From assembly GCA_015680685.1 (NCBI GenBank), contig MNCI01001745.1, positions 179,564-243,563 of the forward strand: a DNA stretch of 64,000 bases, in the 5' to 3' direction. Source of the DNA: Gnetum montanum (Eukaryota > Plantae > Gnetophyta). Below, piece by piece: positions 34,360 through 47,899 of this stretch. Made by a program: the position numbers and the translations under genes. Every line of letters starts with the position of its first letter. The first letter of the stretch is position 1. The notes under the pieces were generated by a model. It was not told the origin of the DNA. It did no database searches and saw nothing but the letters and a program-made list of their open reading frames with translations.

Positions 34360-36338
34360 GATCGCAATGTGAGGCTGAGATGTTTCGCTAGGGCCCTTGT
34401 TCACATCATCGTCCTCTGCTTGGAAGGGCAACTTAACCCATGCGTTTTCAATTTGGAAGTCAGCTCGCTGGGCTGATCCTTCCGTTGGATGGTTAATACA
34501 TGCATGAGTAGGTGCCTCACTCTTAGACGTTATGACCTCTGAGCCCTACTCCATGTCTACATTACTGATTGCTTACATTGCTACTTCATCACCATGGATC
34601 ACCACCTTCCTGCCTGCATATGGTAAGTGTATTTCCTGGTGTATAGGCGAGGAGACAACCCTAAGTTGCACTAACCATGATCTTCCCAAGATCAGGTTAA
34701 ACCCAGGAATTTTCTTGACCACGATGAATGTTGCATCTATGGGGAACTGGTCCTTTGCTAAAAAGTCTACATGAACTGTGCCTTTCACCAAGATGCATGC
34801 CCCACTGAAGAACCTCAGACACGATGTCGTTGTGGATTTGATTTGGTCAACCAATCCCAACTTGTCCATTCGGATCCGATGTTGGCCAACCCGAATTGTG
34901 ATGAAGAGAGGTGTTGTAGTCACCTGACCTCCTTTGGGATCTTCCCTAATGGGATCATCATTGAAATTCAATTGAGGTGTCAAAGACTCCACGGGTATAG
35001 AGGGAAGCATGACCGAATGGATCACTTCCTCTTTTGCTGGCATGTGCTCATCAATCGGAACCACTATTAACATGCATATTAGAGCCTCGCGGTGGGGTAC
35101 AGATGTCATGATTAGGTCGTACAAGCTTAGTGTAGCATTTTTCTACTTTAGAGCTTGCTTGACTTGGGTGAGGGCATCTAGAAGGTCTTGGCCACTCCCT
35201 TGTTTTCCACTTTCCTCCTCTTTGATTCTTCCCAGAAGATGAATCTCCCGATGAGAGGTGACTTCAGATCTGGGTTCAGATCCTTGTCGGTAAGGTGATG
35301 TAGGCTACGTAGTCATGTTGACCTTCATCTTTGGGGGTGAAGATGTAGATGTAAGGAGCGAAGACATGGGCTTGGGGATACCCTTGATGGTACCTCCCTT
35401 CAACATCTCGCCCACCAAGTGGACTTCTCACCTTGCAGGGTGAGGATACTGTTTAGTTTTGTTGCGCAAGGTAGGGGTGTCGAAGGCATCGGCCCCCTAA
35501 TGATGAATGGAGCTAAAGGTGTTAACTGATGGGACTGCATGACTCTGCTAATAGGTAGTGCAAAGGTGGATGCCCATGGTGGGACTTTCTGGATGAACGG
35601 CTGCTGCAAGCTTGGACCAACCGTTGCTGGTGCTGGTGCACTATGCTGAGGCACACGGACCATGAATGGCTACCGAGGTGGCCTAGGATCACTATCAATG
35701 CCGATAGTGTTGATGAAGTAACAGAAAATTTTTGCATTGAGGGGATCCGTGTAGACATACATAGAATGGTTTTTAGGGACTATTGGGTTGCTTTCATCTA
35801 GCACCAGTTTTCCCTTGTTGATTAATCTTTGGATGTCATCCTGCAATGCTAGACAATAATCCATGTTATGACCACACTGTTGGTGGTAGTCACAAAACCT
35901 GTCTAGCCTAAAACCCCTAGGAACTGGAGGCTCATTGGGCAAGGCCAAAGAGGGATTCCTAAGGAGCTCACAGTAGCATTGATGTCTCGTGTTTGCCTCT
36001 TTTGACATCTGCTTATGTTGGATGTATTCCACTGCTAGTAGTTGCGTCAGAAGCTCTAAAGGCTTTAGAGGTAGCGGGGTGTACTTTGAGTGGTATTTTC
36101 ACTTAAAGTTGGGTTTGGGTTGTGCAGATGTCTCAGGCGTAGGTGTAGTAGGTTTGGGCATATGCCCTTATCCTTGTCTTTTTTGTGAAGGCATTTTTCT
36201 AAGCGATGTAGGCCGAGTCTTTGCTTGCCTTGGCCACATCCTGTATGCTCTTAGTCTGAGTGAAACCCTGACTAAAAGAGTAAGGAGCGAGGTAGTATAG
36301 TTTGGACTTGATGAAGTCGTTCACTGCACCCTTAAAAT
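34360..36338 (-). pseudogene. gag: gag (3' part) and protease of element C
   Basis: FKGAVNDFIKSKLYY, CDYHQQCGHNMDYC knuckle, FNLILGRSWL; the catalytic VDDG segment is deleted (HRIR|MDKLGL at ~34870). Confidence 0.85.
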
Positions 36339-39300
36339 TAGCTTTTTCATGATAACATTCACATAGATACAAGTTCATAGAACTGAAAAATGGCTCTACA
36401 AAATACTTTAGCACATCAGCCTTTCCTTTTAAAAAACAAGCTCATCAAACCAAAATTTTGCCTCACAAGTAAGTTTGTTTTTGATTCTACCACATCACCT
36501 CATAAAAGAGGTTTGTAGCACTAAAAAATGATTTATAAACAAGCTCCATCATGTTAGCTCATAGGGAAAGCTCTTCTACTATTCACATAGCTATAGGTCC
36601 CTAGAACTAAAAAATGACTCTACAATGTGGTTCTACCATGTCAACTTTCATGAAGCTAAAAAATGATTCTATAAGTTTTCTTTGCCATGTAAGCTTGAGA
36701 GTTAGCGTATATTCATAATGAAAAAATTTGGTTCTACAGAGAAGTTCTAAGTGCCTTGTAGCATACCACCACATTAGCTTGTAGTTGGAGTTTATAAAAC
36801 CAAATTTCCATTCTATGAATGAGCTCTACCACATCAACATCCTTCACACTAGCTCATAAAACCAGTTCGTAAGGTTGAAATTTAGCTCTACAAAGAAAAT
36901 TAGAATAATTTGTATCATGTTAGCCCATAAAGCTAGTTTGTGAAGGTACAATTCAACTCTACAAACAAGCTTATTTTTTTCTATCATGTCAACTTCTAAT
37001 ACGTTAGATGGTAGAACTAATTCAAGAAATTCAAATTTGGCTCTATAAATAAGCTCAACTTTTGTTCTACCATGTTAGCTCATGAAAAAGGTTCTAAAAG
37101 CACACTTTGCCATGTCAACATCTACCACATCAGCACCTACCACATCAGCATATAAAGGAATATTCTCAAGCCTGAGATAAACAAAAACTTTATTTGCCAC
37201 ATCAACACATGCTATGTTAGCAAATAGATGAAGCTCATTTTCTCATTTGGAGTAGATATACTTCATTTGCCACATCAACCTTTGCCATATTAGCATCTAT
37301 ATGAAGATCATATTTTCATATAAATCAAATATGCTTCATTTACCACATGAGCATCTATTGCATTAGGAAATAGATGAAGCATATTTTCTCATCTATAGCA
37401 AACATGCTTCATCTACCATGCTATTAAATAGATGAATATTTTTTTCTCATCTACATCAAATATGTTTTATCTAACATGTTAGCAAATAGATGAAGCTCAT
37501 TTTCTCATCTATAGAAAATACATTTCATCTCCATGTTAGCATTTGCCACATTAGTTCACTTGTAGAGCCAAAATATGACCCTATAATGAAAGTGTAAAAT
37601 TAAGCTTGCCACTTTAGCTTCTTCATTAAGTGATTACCTAGAAGTTAATTTTAGCTTTATGAAGAAGCTTAAATTAGGCCTATAAGCTACATCATCAAAC
37701 AAAAGCTCTAAATTTAGTTTTATAAGTAAGTGTGAAAATAGCTTTGCATATCAGTTCCATGAACTTGCTTCAACATGCCAACTTCTAAGTAGAATGAGCT
37801 TATAAAGTAAGAAAATAGTTCTATGAAATTTTAGAGATTCAAAAAATTTTAGAGATTCAAGAAAATAGTCACATTAGCTTGGTGGTTCTACAAGAAATTT
37901 TAGAGATTCAAAAAAGGCTCTACAACTGACGACAGCATGAGGGCAATGCAAAGACAGAAGCTACAAACAAAGTCTAAAATTGAAAAAGAGCTAAAGATAG
38001 CATAGAGCCTTCATCAAAGCATGAAGCAATCTTTGAAGCATAGAGATTCCATAGAAAAAATAATAATTATTTGCATAAATGAAACATAAAACCATGGCAG
38101 TTATTTGATTTAGTTAGAAGATAGTCATTACTCCATCAAAAATAAGGTTATTTGAATATGCTGATGGTAGTTACTAGTATTACGACTGAAATCACTAGGA
38201 GAAAGCTTAAATTGAGAAAGCCTAGATTCAAACTAGTATGAAATTTTCTTTAATAGAAATTATGAATTCTATAACTAAATCAATTATAGAAAAAAAGAAT
38301 AATAAAATAAGCCCCAGATAATATTGATGACTCTAAACTAAATATAATGAATTTGGCTAATAAAAGCTCTTCTAACTCATGACAGTTACTAGTTGAGGAG
38401 TTACAAATTTGAAGAATGAGAAAGATTTATTAATAGAATGGTTATCCAACACCTTCCTATTATATGAATAGGATGTGAGGCAACTATACCTTTTAATTTT
38501 TATTATGGTTGTAACTACTAGAGACTACTATATAAAGCCTAGAGTAGATTTGTTAAAGGCATTCAACATAGTAGGGGAGTACTAGCAAAGTTAGGAGAAA
38601 TTTATTGTATGATGACATTCTAACTTTAGATTTGATTCAACTAACTTACTTCTATATTGTGAGTTAATTCATATTTTCTTTCTCTATCATAGTTTCTTAG
38701 CTAGTGATGAATATTTTATTGAGCTTCGCATAGTATTCTTGGAATTGTTTAAATTGGTTGAATAGCTCTATGTTTGGTAATGTTTGACATTTATTAATTG
38801 GTTCAAAATAGCTTTAGTATTTCAAAGTATTTGATCATGTCGATAGTAGCCTTATTTCAATTTTTTTTTCACTCATAGGTTTAACAATTTTTGGTATTGT
38901 TGACTAATTTGAAATAGCTTTAGTTTTCAAGGTATTTACTCATGTCAATAGTATCTCATTTCAGTGTTTAAGATTATATGAAATTCTATTGTTTTACTTT
39001 CCAAAATCTATTGAATCTTACTTTCTTTCTAGTTTTCTTGTGGGTTTTTCTCTCTAGGGAAGATTTGAAATAGATTTTGTGGAATTGCAATTAAGAATTA
39101 GATGAAAGGCTAGATTACACATGTACCTTATAATTTGGACAATAGAGACTAGGTAACTTTGTTATAGCAAGAAGCTTATTTGCTTACAGAATAGAGTAAA
39201 TATGGCTGAATCTTTTTATAAAAGTTCTTTTATCTATTTAAATTTCAGTATGAAATATTATGATGTTTATACTGAATGATAGCTCAAAACATAGTTTCTT

Positions 39301-39516
39301 AATAACCACTGAGTTTATTTGGAGGTATTTGCTCCTTGATGCTTCTAGAGCTTAACAAATATCTAAATTTTTTTTTTTAAAAGAACCCTCATCTTTGTGC
39401 ATTTCATCATGAAGAAGAGGACAAGAGTGGTGCTAAATAAACATTTTACCCACTATCAGTTTCTTGAAGTTAATGAAAGATTAACAAAGAAGTGTGATCC
39501 AAAGTAGATACCGATA
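36331..39516 (+). repeat. 5' LTR of element E (outer ~0.95 kb missing)
   Basis: Colinear with 59707-62887; TATATAAAGCC at ~38528; followed by a degenerate PBS-like TTCATGCTAGAAGGA at ~39523. Confidence 0.75.
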
Positions 39517-39789
39517 GTTTTTTTCATGCTAGAAGGATGACAAGAAATTAGTTACTAATCTATTCACAAGCAAACAACCTAATAAATCTAAGTAATTTGG
39601 AAGTCCAAACAACTACTTAGATTATAAGACAAATCACTCATTAGAGGAAGAACAATTTTTTTCAAACTAAGAACAATTAGTGGAATAAAAACTAGAATGA
39701 CTAGAAAATAACCTCTTCTATCTAAGTTATCACAATAAAAGATAAGATAAGAAAATTCTAGGCATTCAACAATTAGAAGAAATTTAAAC

Positions 39790-41852
39790 ATGGAAAATCC
39801 ACCATCAATAAATCCTTGGCAAGAAGACACACAACTGAGATTCCCAAACCACTATGTTATCCCTGAAGCAATTTATAAATATTTACCTAAGCCTTATATT
39901 CCTAGAAAATCTTATCTAACTAAATAATATGTTCATTTTTTGAGTTAGATTTAGCACATGCTAATGTCCAACATCAAGACCAAGCTTGTATGCTACCTAT
40001 AGCAAACTTAAAAGATATGGCTTAAATTTGGTATTATAACTTACCAAAAAATAGTATCACTAGCTAGGATGACATGAAAAATTTATTCTTAGCTAAATTT
40101 GGTAATTAAATTAACCAATGACAACTATATTATGGATTAGTTCAAGCTAAGGAGTCTAAAGAATTAGTTATGGAATTTAAGATTAAGTTCCAATGAATTT
40201 GTGGATTATTTTAAAGGCAATATAAACCTTCAAATGAAGTGCTTAGAGATACTTACATAAATGCTATCAATCCAAGAATTTCAATTAGGCTAAGAAGAAA
40301 ACCAAATTTGGAAACCTTGAATGATTTTTTTAATGAGGCTATCCAATTAGAAAAAAAATTAAATGTATTTAGTGAAGACTTCATTTGAGTACCAAAAACT
40401 AAAAAAAAGGACTTAATCTTAGTTTAAGGCATTGCCTCTTATGATGAAGAAGGATCAAAATCAAGAAAATGAAAATTGTAAAGATATTTGAAGAAAGAAA
40501 AGCTAATGAACAAAATTTTCAACAAGGTAATAAATTTAGAAAAGCACTTGCTAAAGTTAAGATAAAAGAAGAAAAGAAGCACAGGAAACACAGACAACAA
40601 GACATCAAAATTTGTGAATTATGATAATAAAAGAAATTTAATCATTTCTAATTTTCTAGACATTTGACTCTAATAATGAGTTATCTGGTATTTATTATGT
40701 TAGCAAATCATCTAAAAATGAATCAAGTGACACTTGTTTGTCATGTTCAGAAGAAGGTTCATCTTCAAACGAGGAATACAATAATGATGATGGATCTAGA
40801 TACAACATAAGATCAAAAGAAAAATTAATGACCTCTAGGCCTCTGAATATCATTTCCAATCATTCCATTAAAGGAAATACTTTCAAATTGAATGAGAAAG
40901 AAAATAGATATGAAAAGATCACATAAACTGACCAGAATTTCCAAAATTAGTCACCTAATAAATGATTTAGAAAATGAAGCTTTTGGAATGATGGAGAGTA
41001 TGATGTAATAAAGGATCTATAAAATGAAAGAAAAATGTTAGTTTATATTAGTTACTATAAATGGAAAGTTAGGAAAAGAAAGTTGCAGAGTTGGTCAAGG
41101 CAAAGAGAGAGGTTCAAGAATCTAAACTAAGTTTTGTTTGTAATGAAGATAAAATTTTAAAAACTCAATATCCTTGTGCTCTATACAAAAAAGATCCTCC
41201 ATTTCTTCTTACAATGAATTTAAAGGATAAATATCTACATATTTATTTAGCTGATTTAAGAGCAACTTCAACTATTATGCCATTATCCATCTATAAGTAA
41301 TTAGGATTATCACTTGAATAGTCCAATAAGAAGATTGTCAAAGTAGATAAGAATAGAGTAAAAATCATAGAAAAATTATCTAATGCCTTACTTCAAATTG
41401 CTTTAGAAACTAATATTAAAAGTAGAATAACAATCCAAGTAGCTGATATTCCAAATTCATATAGTCTCTTGCTAAGTTGAAGTAGGAGCAAAAATGTTTT
41501 TGGATACATATCAATGGATTATTTGCACATGTGGCTATCATGGAAGGAAGAGTCTAATCAGATATATATATAGTGAGATCTTAATGTTCAAGAACATTAC
41601 TTCAGATGGAAAGAACAAAGTCATAAAGACCAAAGATATTGATATATGAGTATGTTTGCTCAAAGAAGTTCAAGTTCTAGAAAAAGGAGAAATTCAAAGC
41701 AAGGAAAAATGAAATTTATATTTTAATGAAACTTGTAATTCAAAAGGGGCTAAAGATGGAATAGTTTTAGTAAAGAATAAATCTCTAAAAACTTTCAAAT
41801 CTATATATTTATCCTTTCCCTATACCAAGAATAAAGTTAAGTATGAAGCTTT
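39790..41852 (+). pseudogene. Element E gag, protease and N-terminal half of extra RNase H (heavily decayed)
   Basis: WYYNLPKNSITS*DDMK (~40030), YLADLRATSTIMPL (~41245), *NLYFNETCNSKGAKDGIVLV and KYEA (41710-41852). Confidence 0.7.
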
Positions 41853-42755
41853 TGAAACATCATCAAAAATTCATGTTGTAACCTTCATTTCCCAACTTGA
41901 GATAAGGATTCATTGTATGAGATATGTAGTCCATGAGCTACATTCTTGCATACTTCAACTTTCTAAGGAACAAAATGCTTCAAAAGTTGTTATTGCCTCA
42001 CTTACCAAGTAGAAAAAGGTACCTCATGTCTATATCTAGGCTTGGAAAGGTTGAAAATGTCTTGAGAATGGCTAAAATTAGCATTTCCATGGATTTTTGT
42101 AGGGGTATAGTGCCAACAACGTCGAAGCCATTTTCACTAGACATAGTAGCTATAGGATTCATAGTAGCCATAGTAGCCAGTGTAGTCACTACCAAGACCT
42201 AGTAGAAGTGCAACATTTGAATTTTTGGAATTTCCATTTTTCCAACAACAACTAGCATAGTCATCACAAGTTAGCAATAGACAATGTAGACAACATTCTC
42301 TACCAAGCACAACACTTTCTAATGGATTCTATATTTTTTGCAGTTTCTAACTATTTCCACATTTTCTACCACTTTTGACATTTTCCAAAAACCTCAGTGT
42401 AGTCCACCAATGCTATTGTAGTAACAATTGTACTAGTATAGTCGCAAAATTCTATTTACTATTTATAGTAAATGGATGGGCTTTGTGGCTGTAGTCCATT
42501 CTAGGCTTAAAATAGTAACTACGTGGGGAGAAGATGGCCATTACAACTGGCACATTAACATGAGTCTGTCAGCAATCATAGTAGTGATGCATAGGTCCAA
42601 AAATAGAAAACTTGCCATATAAAAACCCAATGTCAACACCATTTTCCAGTTGCCAACCTTTTTCATGTTCGAAATTTGGCATTTTTCACACTCTTGACAA
42701 TTCCAATTTTTGGCATGTTATAGCACTTTGGCACCTTGCAACCTTTCATAGCAAC
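41853..42755 (+). repeat. 5' LTR of D (U3 part; remainder deleted)
   Basis: Aligns with 52966-53875 and then diverges abruptly. Confidence 0.8.
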
Positions 42756-43039
42756 ACTCATCTATTGCAACACCCATTCTATTCAATGCCATTCTATCCA
42801 ACGCCATTTTGTTCAACACCATTCTTACTGTGACATCCATTTCCATCCAATAGGTAAACCACTTTTCCTTTTCTCCATTTTCACTAATTAGCAACCATTT
42901 TTCACTACCTTTATATTTTTGATTTACTACATTAGTATATTTTCCTACTTATTATATTTTTACTAAAAATAGTAAAAAAGCTAAAACTACATTTTCATTA
43001 GACCTTTCAGTCGATCAACCATTTTTCTTCTTAACCTAA

Positions 43040-46000
43040 CAAATATGAAATTCCAACAAGATGTAGCTCATGTTTATGACCCAAAAGATCCAATATCCAT
43101 AGAATGAAGGCAATCACTTAGAAAAAGGGGAAAAATCCTATATTTCATGATTATTAATGAGGAGTTCCAAAACTTTCTTTGTGTCAAGATACAAGATGGA
43201 CTTTTAATACCATCGGGATGGAAATGAATACATTCCATTCCCTTATGACCAAATCCCCTTCACAAACGTTTATGCACAAATGCTCATACAACTTATATAG
43301 ATTGATGAGTTTAGTGAGGAAATTAATTTAGAGGATCATCAAGGAGAGGAAGATGAGTTTGAGGCTGAACAAAAGTCAAACACCTTTATTGGAAGTCTTG
43401 TCCAATGTTTGGCTTCCCAAACAACTAAACCCAACTCCACATCTCTTACTTCATCAATAGGATAAGTCCCTTGGTCTAACTCTCATCCTATCTATTCTAC
43501 CATGTTTGGGTCCACGCCCATCATTGCCACACACTAGACACAACCTATCCCTTAGTCTACTTTCTTATTCTTATCAATGCCCTTTACAATGTAACCTTAC
43601 TCCATTTAACCTTCCTTGATGATGTCTACTTCACCATCTCCCTTTTCCATGCTAGTGGGATCCTCATTGGGACCCTAAGTAACACAAGCCTCTCATACTC
43701 CTTTCATCCCCTTTACACCACAAAATCCAACTCAAACATCTTTTTCACTATTTAGCCCATCCATGACCATTGTAACCTAGCCTCTCCCTTTGATACCATA
43801 GCCTATCACAAGGCTACCAAACTTACAACTTCTTCCTCAATTATCAAACAAGCACTGAAGCCCATGGGGATGCCCCAAGGCTTGTATCAAGCTTTTCAAA
43901 TGATTCAAGACCTTAACAAAGATTTGCAAAAACATAAAGCCAACACAACTCAAATAGTTAAGGTTCTAGATTTCTACTAGGATTATGTTATAAGTCCTAC
44001 ACTACCTCAACTAACCTTGCCTATTCTAAACTTCAAAAAATATAATGATGAAGGGGGATCCCAATGCACATCTACTAACCTTTTGGTCTAAGTGACTCTT
44101 TTTACAAGCTTGGCCACATACGATATTGAGGGGTTTTTACATATCCCTCAAGGGTAAAGCTCTAAATTAGTACTAAACCTTGCCAAGGGGTTCCATCTCT
44201 TTCCGTGAAAACTTACTAGACCAATATTTCTACCACTTTAGATACAACTTGAAGTGGAATTCCACATTGGATCAATTGATGAAGGTAAAGTAGGGGCCAC
44301 TTGAACTAGTCAAAAGATTCATTCAAAGATGGAACTCAATAATTAATGAGATTCTAGAACCTGTTACTAAAACTCACCTCTTAGCCATCTACAAGGGAGC
44401 AATAAATGACTTTATCAAATCAAAGTTGTACTACCTAGAGCCTTGGTCACTAAGCCATGCCTTATTGAAAACTAAGAACATTGAGAAGGAAACTAAGGCT
44501 AGCAATGACCCAACCTATGTGGTCTATAAAAACCAACATGCAAGGGATAGGGATAAAACAATGCATGAACATGCAATTATGGCCATAGTAGCAAAAGACT
44601 CAAAACAAGGAAAGAGGCAAGGATCCCCATCATGTAGCACATCTTTCAACTCATCCCAACCATCCACTTCCTATGCTCCAAGTTAACCAAGACCAAAATT
44701 TGGATGTAAGGATAGGTCTAAGTATGCAAGGTTGCCTTTAAAGCCCTTTGAACTCTTAGAAGAGGCTTGAAAGAGGCATGATCATCTTTGTGACATAGCT
44801 AGAAACTTAATGATAGCTACCAAATATGATCCAAAGCTACCAAACAACTTCAAACTAGATAGGTATTACCATTATCATCAAATGGCTAGTCATAACATCA
44901 ATTTTCTCCTAGCATTAAAGGCTGACCTCTAGAAGATGATAGACCATGTGGATTTGGTGTTGAATTAGCTCAACTATGCAAGCACCAACAACAACTCCTA
45001 TACCATAGCATCATTCATGGAAATAAAATGGTTTAATCCCCCTAGAAAACCATTTATCATCGAAGTACCATCATAATCCCAAAACACAAAGTCTAGAGAG
45101 CCATATGTCATATGGGTACCACCTCCTCCAACCCTTAATAAGCCTTTCTTCATACATGTCCCACCTTCAATGGCATCAACATCACAACCAAGACCACAAG
45201 TTACCAACCTTCCAAAGCCTAGGGAACCATTTATTATCTAGGTTCCTCCACCTTTAACAAGTAAGCCTACAATAATCCATGACCAAAGCCCACCTATAGT
45301 GGCCCACAACTTACAGGTTAGCAAGAAACCACCATTATAATGATGATGAAAGAAGCTTATCTCCAAACCAACAAATAATCCCACTGAAGAGAACCAACTA
45401 AAACCTACACCAATATCAACCACATCCATGGACAAGAGGCCAAAGGCACATGCACCAAAACATAAGCTATGAACCCTAGGAAGGATGGAGGAGGTTAGAA
45501 CTACTAAGGCCAAAACATCACAAGCTAAGGGAAAGAGATTCCTCACAAGCATGGAATAAGCCAAGTAGTCCCTTAAGCAAAAGAACACATCACCAAACTT
45601 ATATGACTTGGCCATGACCTCTTCTATTCATAGAGATGAAATAGTTGAAGTGTTAACCTCTATCCCTATGAGCAGACATGCCCATCAACAAAGAGTTGAT
45701 TCACTCCATCATTGAGCAAGCTTCACTTAGGAAAAATAGACATCAACCCATGCTCAACATCCATCACAGTGAAGTGAAAATTGACTTTTAAAATGGGGAG
45801 GTGCTATCAACTCCCATTCTTACCACCATATGTGTTGGCAAACATAAAGTTTATTGTGTTCATGTAGATGATGTGATGTCCACAAATGTGATACCATATT
45901 TTATTGTTCATAATTAAGGATTAACCAAGAACATCCAAGGAACCACAACCTCTACACTTAAATCATTCAATGGGTCATGAGTAGTGGTGTGAGGTTATAT

Positions 46001-46390
46001 CTCCTTAGACTTTGTAGTTGGTGAGCAATTCCCCACATTTGCTAAATTCCTAGTAGTTGAAAAGATACCTAGGTTTAACTTGATGATAGGGAGACCATGA
46101 TTAGCTAAGCTTTGTATAGTCTCATCTCCTATACATAAAGAGATTCACTTGCCCTATGAGGGAGGGAAAATTGTCATTTGTGGGGACAATGTGTTACTAC
46201 CTTTGGTTAACTATGTTAACATCAACTAAGGTTTAGAGGTGGAGTTTCAAGAGGGAACTCCCAACACTCAGAATGGGGACAACAATAATGAAAACAACAA
46301 CAATGTGAATAACAACACCTCTACAACATGAGGCAATCAACAAAGATTCCTACAACTTGCCATGTTAAAGAAGAGAAATGGTGACCACAA
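43040..46390 (+). pseudogene. gag: gag-protease remnant of D
   Basis: YKGAINDFIKSKLYYLEP (~44390), VHVDDVMSTNVIP (~45860), FNLMIGRP*L (~46075); colinear with B gag-PR. Confidence 0.8.
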
Positions 46391-47899
46391 GATCATGACA
46401 AAGGGGCTCCTTAATCTATCAAAGGTCTTACCCTTCTTTTTTTAATGGTCATTTGTTTACTTTCACAACATTGTATCATGCTTCATGGTTCATTTTATCC
46501 TTATATGGTCTTTCAAGAGCATACCATACTTACTAGGAAAGTATGGATCATGGCTTGCTAAGGCCTAAAAGTGGTAACACAATAGCCCATCAAGGCCTAA
46601 AAATAGAAACCTCGTGGCCTACTAAGGCCTAAAACTAGCAACCCTATTGCTCACTAAGACCTAAAACTGGTAACCATATGGCCCACTAAGGCCTAAAATT
46701 GGAAAAAATATTTATCCTCTTTACAACATAGTTTGCAACCTTATAGCCTGTATAATAATAGTTTATAGCCAAAATTATGAAAATGACCATTTATAATAGA
46801 AAATAGGAAAGTAACACTTTATAGCAAATATAGAAAAATGACAGAGTAGAACCAAAAATATGAAAATAATAGTGTGAAACTAAAATTTCATTTTTCATTA
46901 CATACTTAGAATAATTTCAAAATACAATCCAAGTTCACAACCAAAAATTCCATAAGGTGGAATAACAACATTGAAACCAGAAGAAACAACCATGGGAAAT
47001 TGCTTATAAAAAAGTCAAAAAATTTTAATTTGATCCAAAACACTTCTAAACCATTTCTAATATCTCAAACTATTTCTAGGATCATGGGAGATTGATCAGA
47101 AAAATTTCCCAAGGTCTCAATGTGGCTCATCTTTATAGGAGTAAATGCGTAACAACCTTAAAACCTCAATTTCATTCAACTTTATAGAAAAGTCCATAAA
47201 AAATTAACCCCTTAACAAAATTCAATGATTCCATAGCTATTGGAATCATAAACCATAAACTATAACCTCATAAAAAGAAAAAATAAAATATATTAAAAAA
47301 ATTTCTAAAAAAATTACAAAAGTGACCATAGTTGTCATACGCAAAACTCCATTTCATGTGAGTTGATGAAAACACTCTCTAAGAACAAAGCATTCAATGG
47401 TTTCATAGTTGTTAGAATCCTTGAATGATGAATCAAAAACTCATAATAATGAAAATTGAATATTCATAATCATTTACTATAGAAAAAATACCAAATTTAC
47501 CCCTAAAAAGAACCAAGAACTAAAAACCCACTTGACACAGCCTGATGGAAACACCGATAAGAAATGAATGGTAAGGTAAAATCAAGTTGTTCAAAAGTTA
47601 AATTGATCCAAAAACATTAATAAATAATCATATAATACCAAAAACTAAAAATATATAAACATTTCATATAAAAGAAATTCAAGATTGGCATTACTTCTTG
47701 GGGATTTTGAACTTCTAGGCTTGACTATGCTGTGCTTTTGATACATAGGAGCCTTGGAATACATAAAATACTTTCATCCATCTTCCAAAGAAAAACCAAA
47801 TCCCCAACAATGATAAGACCTTCCAACTAAGCCTAGTAAGCAAGTATTGATGCACATGGAATTACAAGAAGCTTAAGAATTCACATGAAAATTTGATTC

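Larger units (their letters stand above)
13916..36338 (-). mobile_element. Element C: Tat-type LTR retrotransposon ordered gag-PR / antisense gene / RT-RH-aRH-INT / PPT / 3' LTR; 5' end deleted; carries nested element F
   Basis: All retroelement modules are on the minus strand in canonical order; LTR terminus and PPT match D and B, which carry the same gag-PR; no LTR or TSD seen between the PR and RT modules other than F. Confidence 0.72.
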
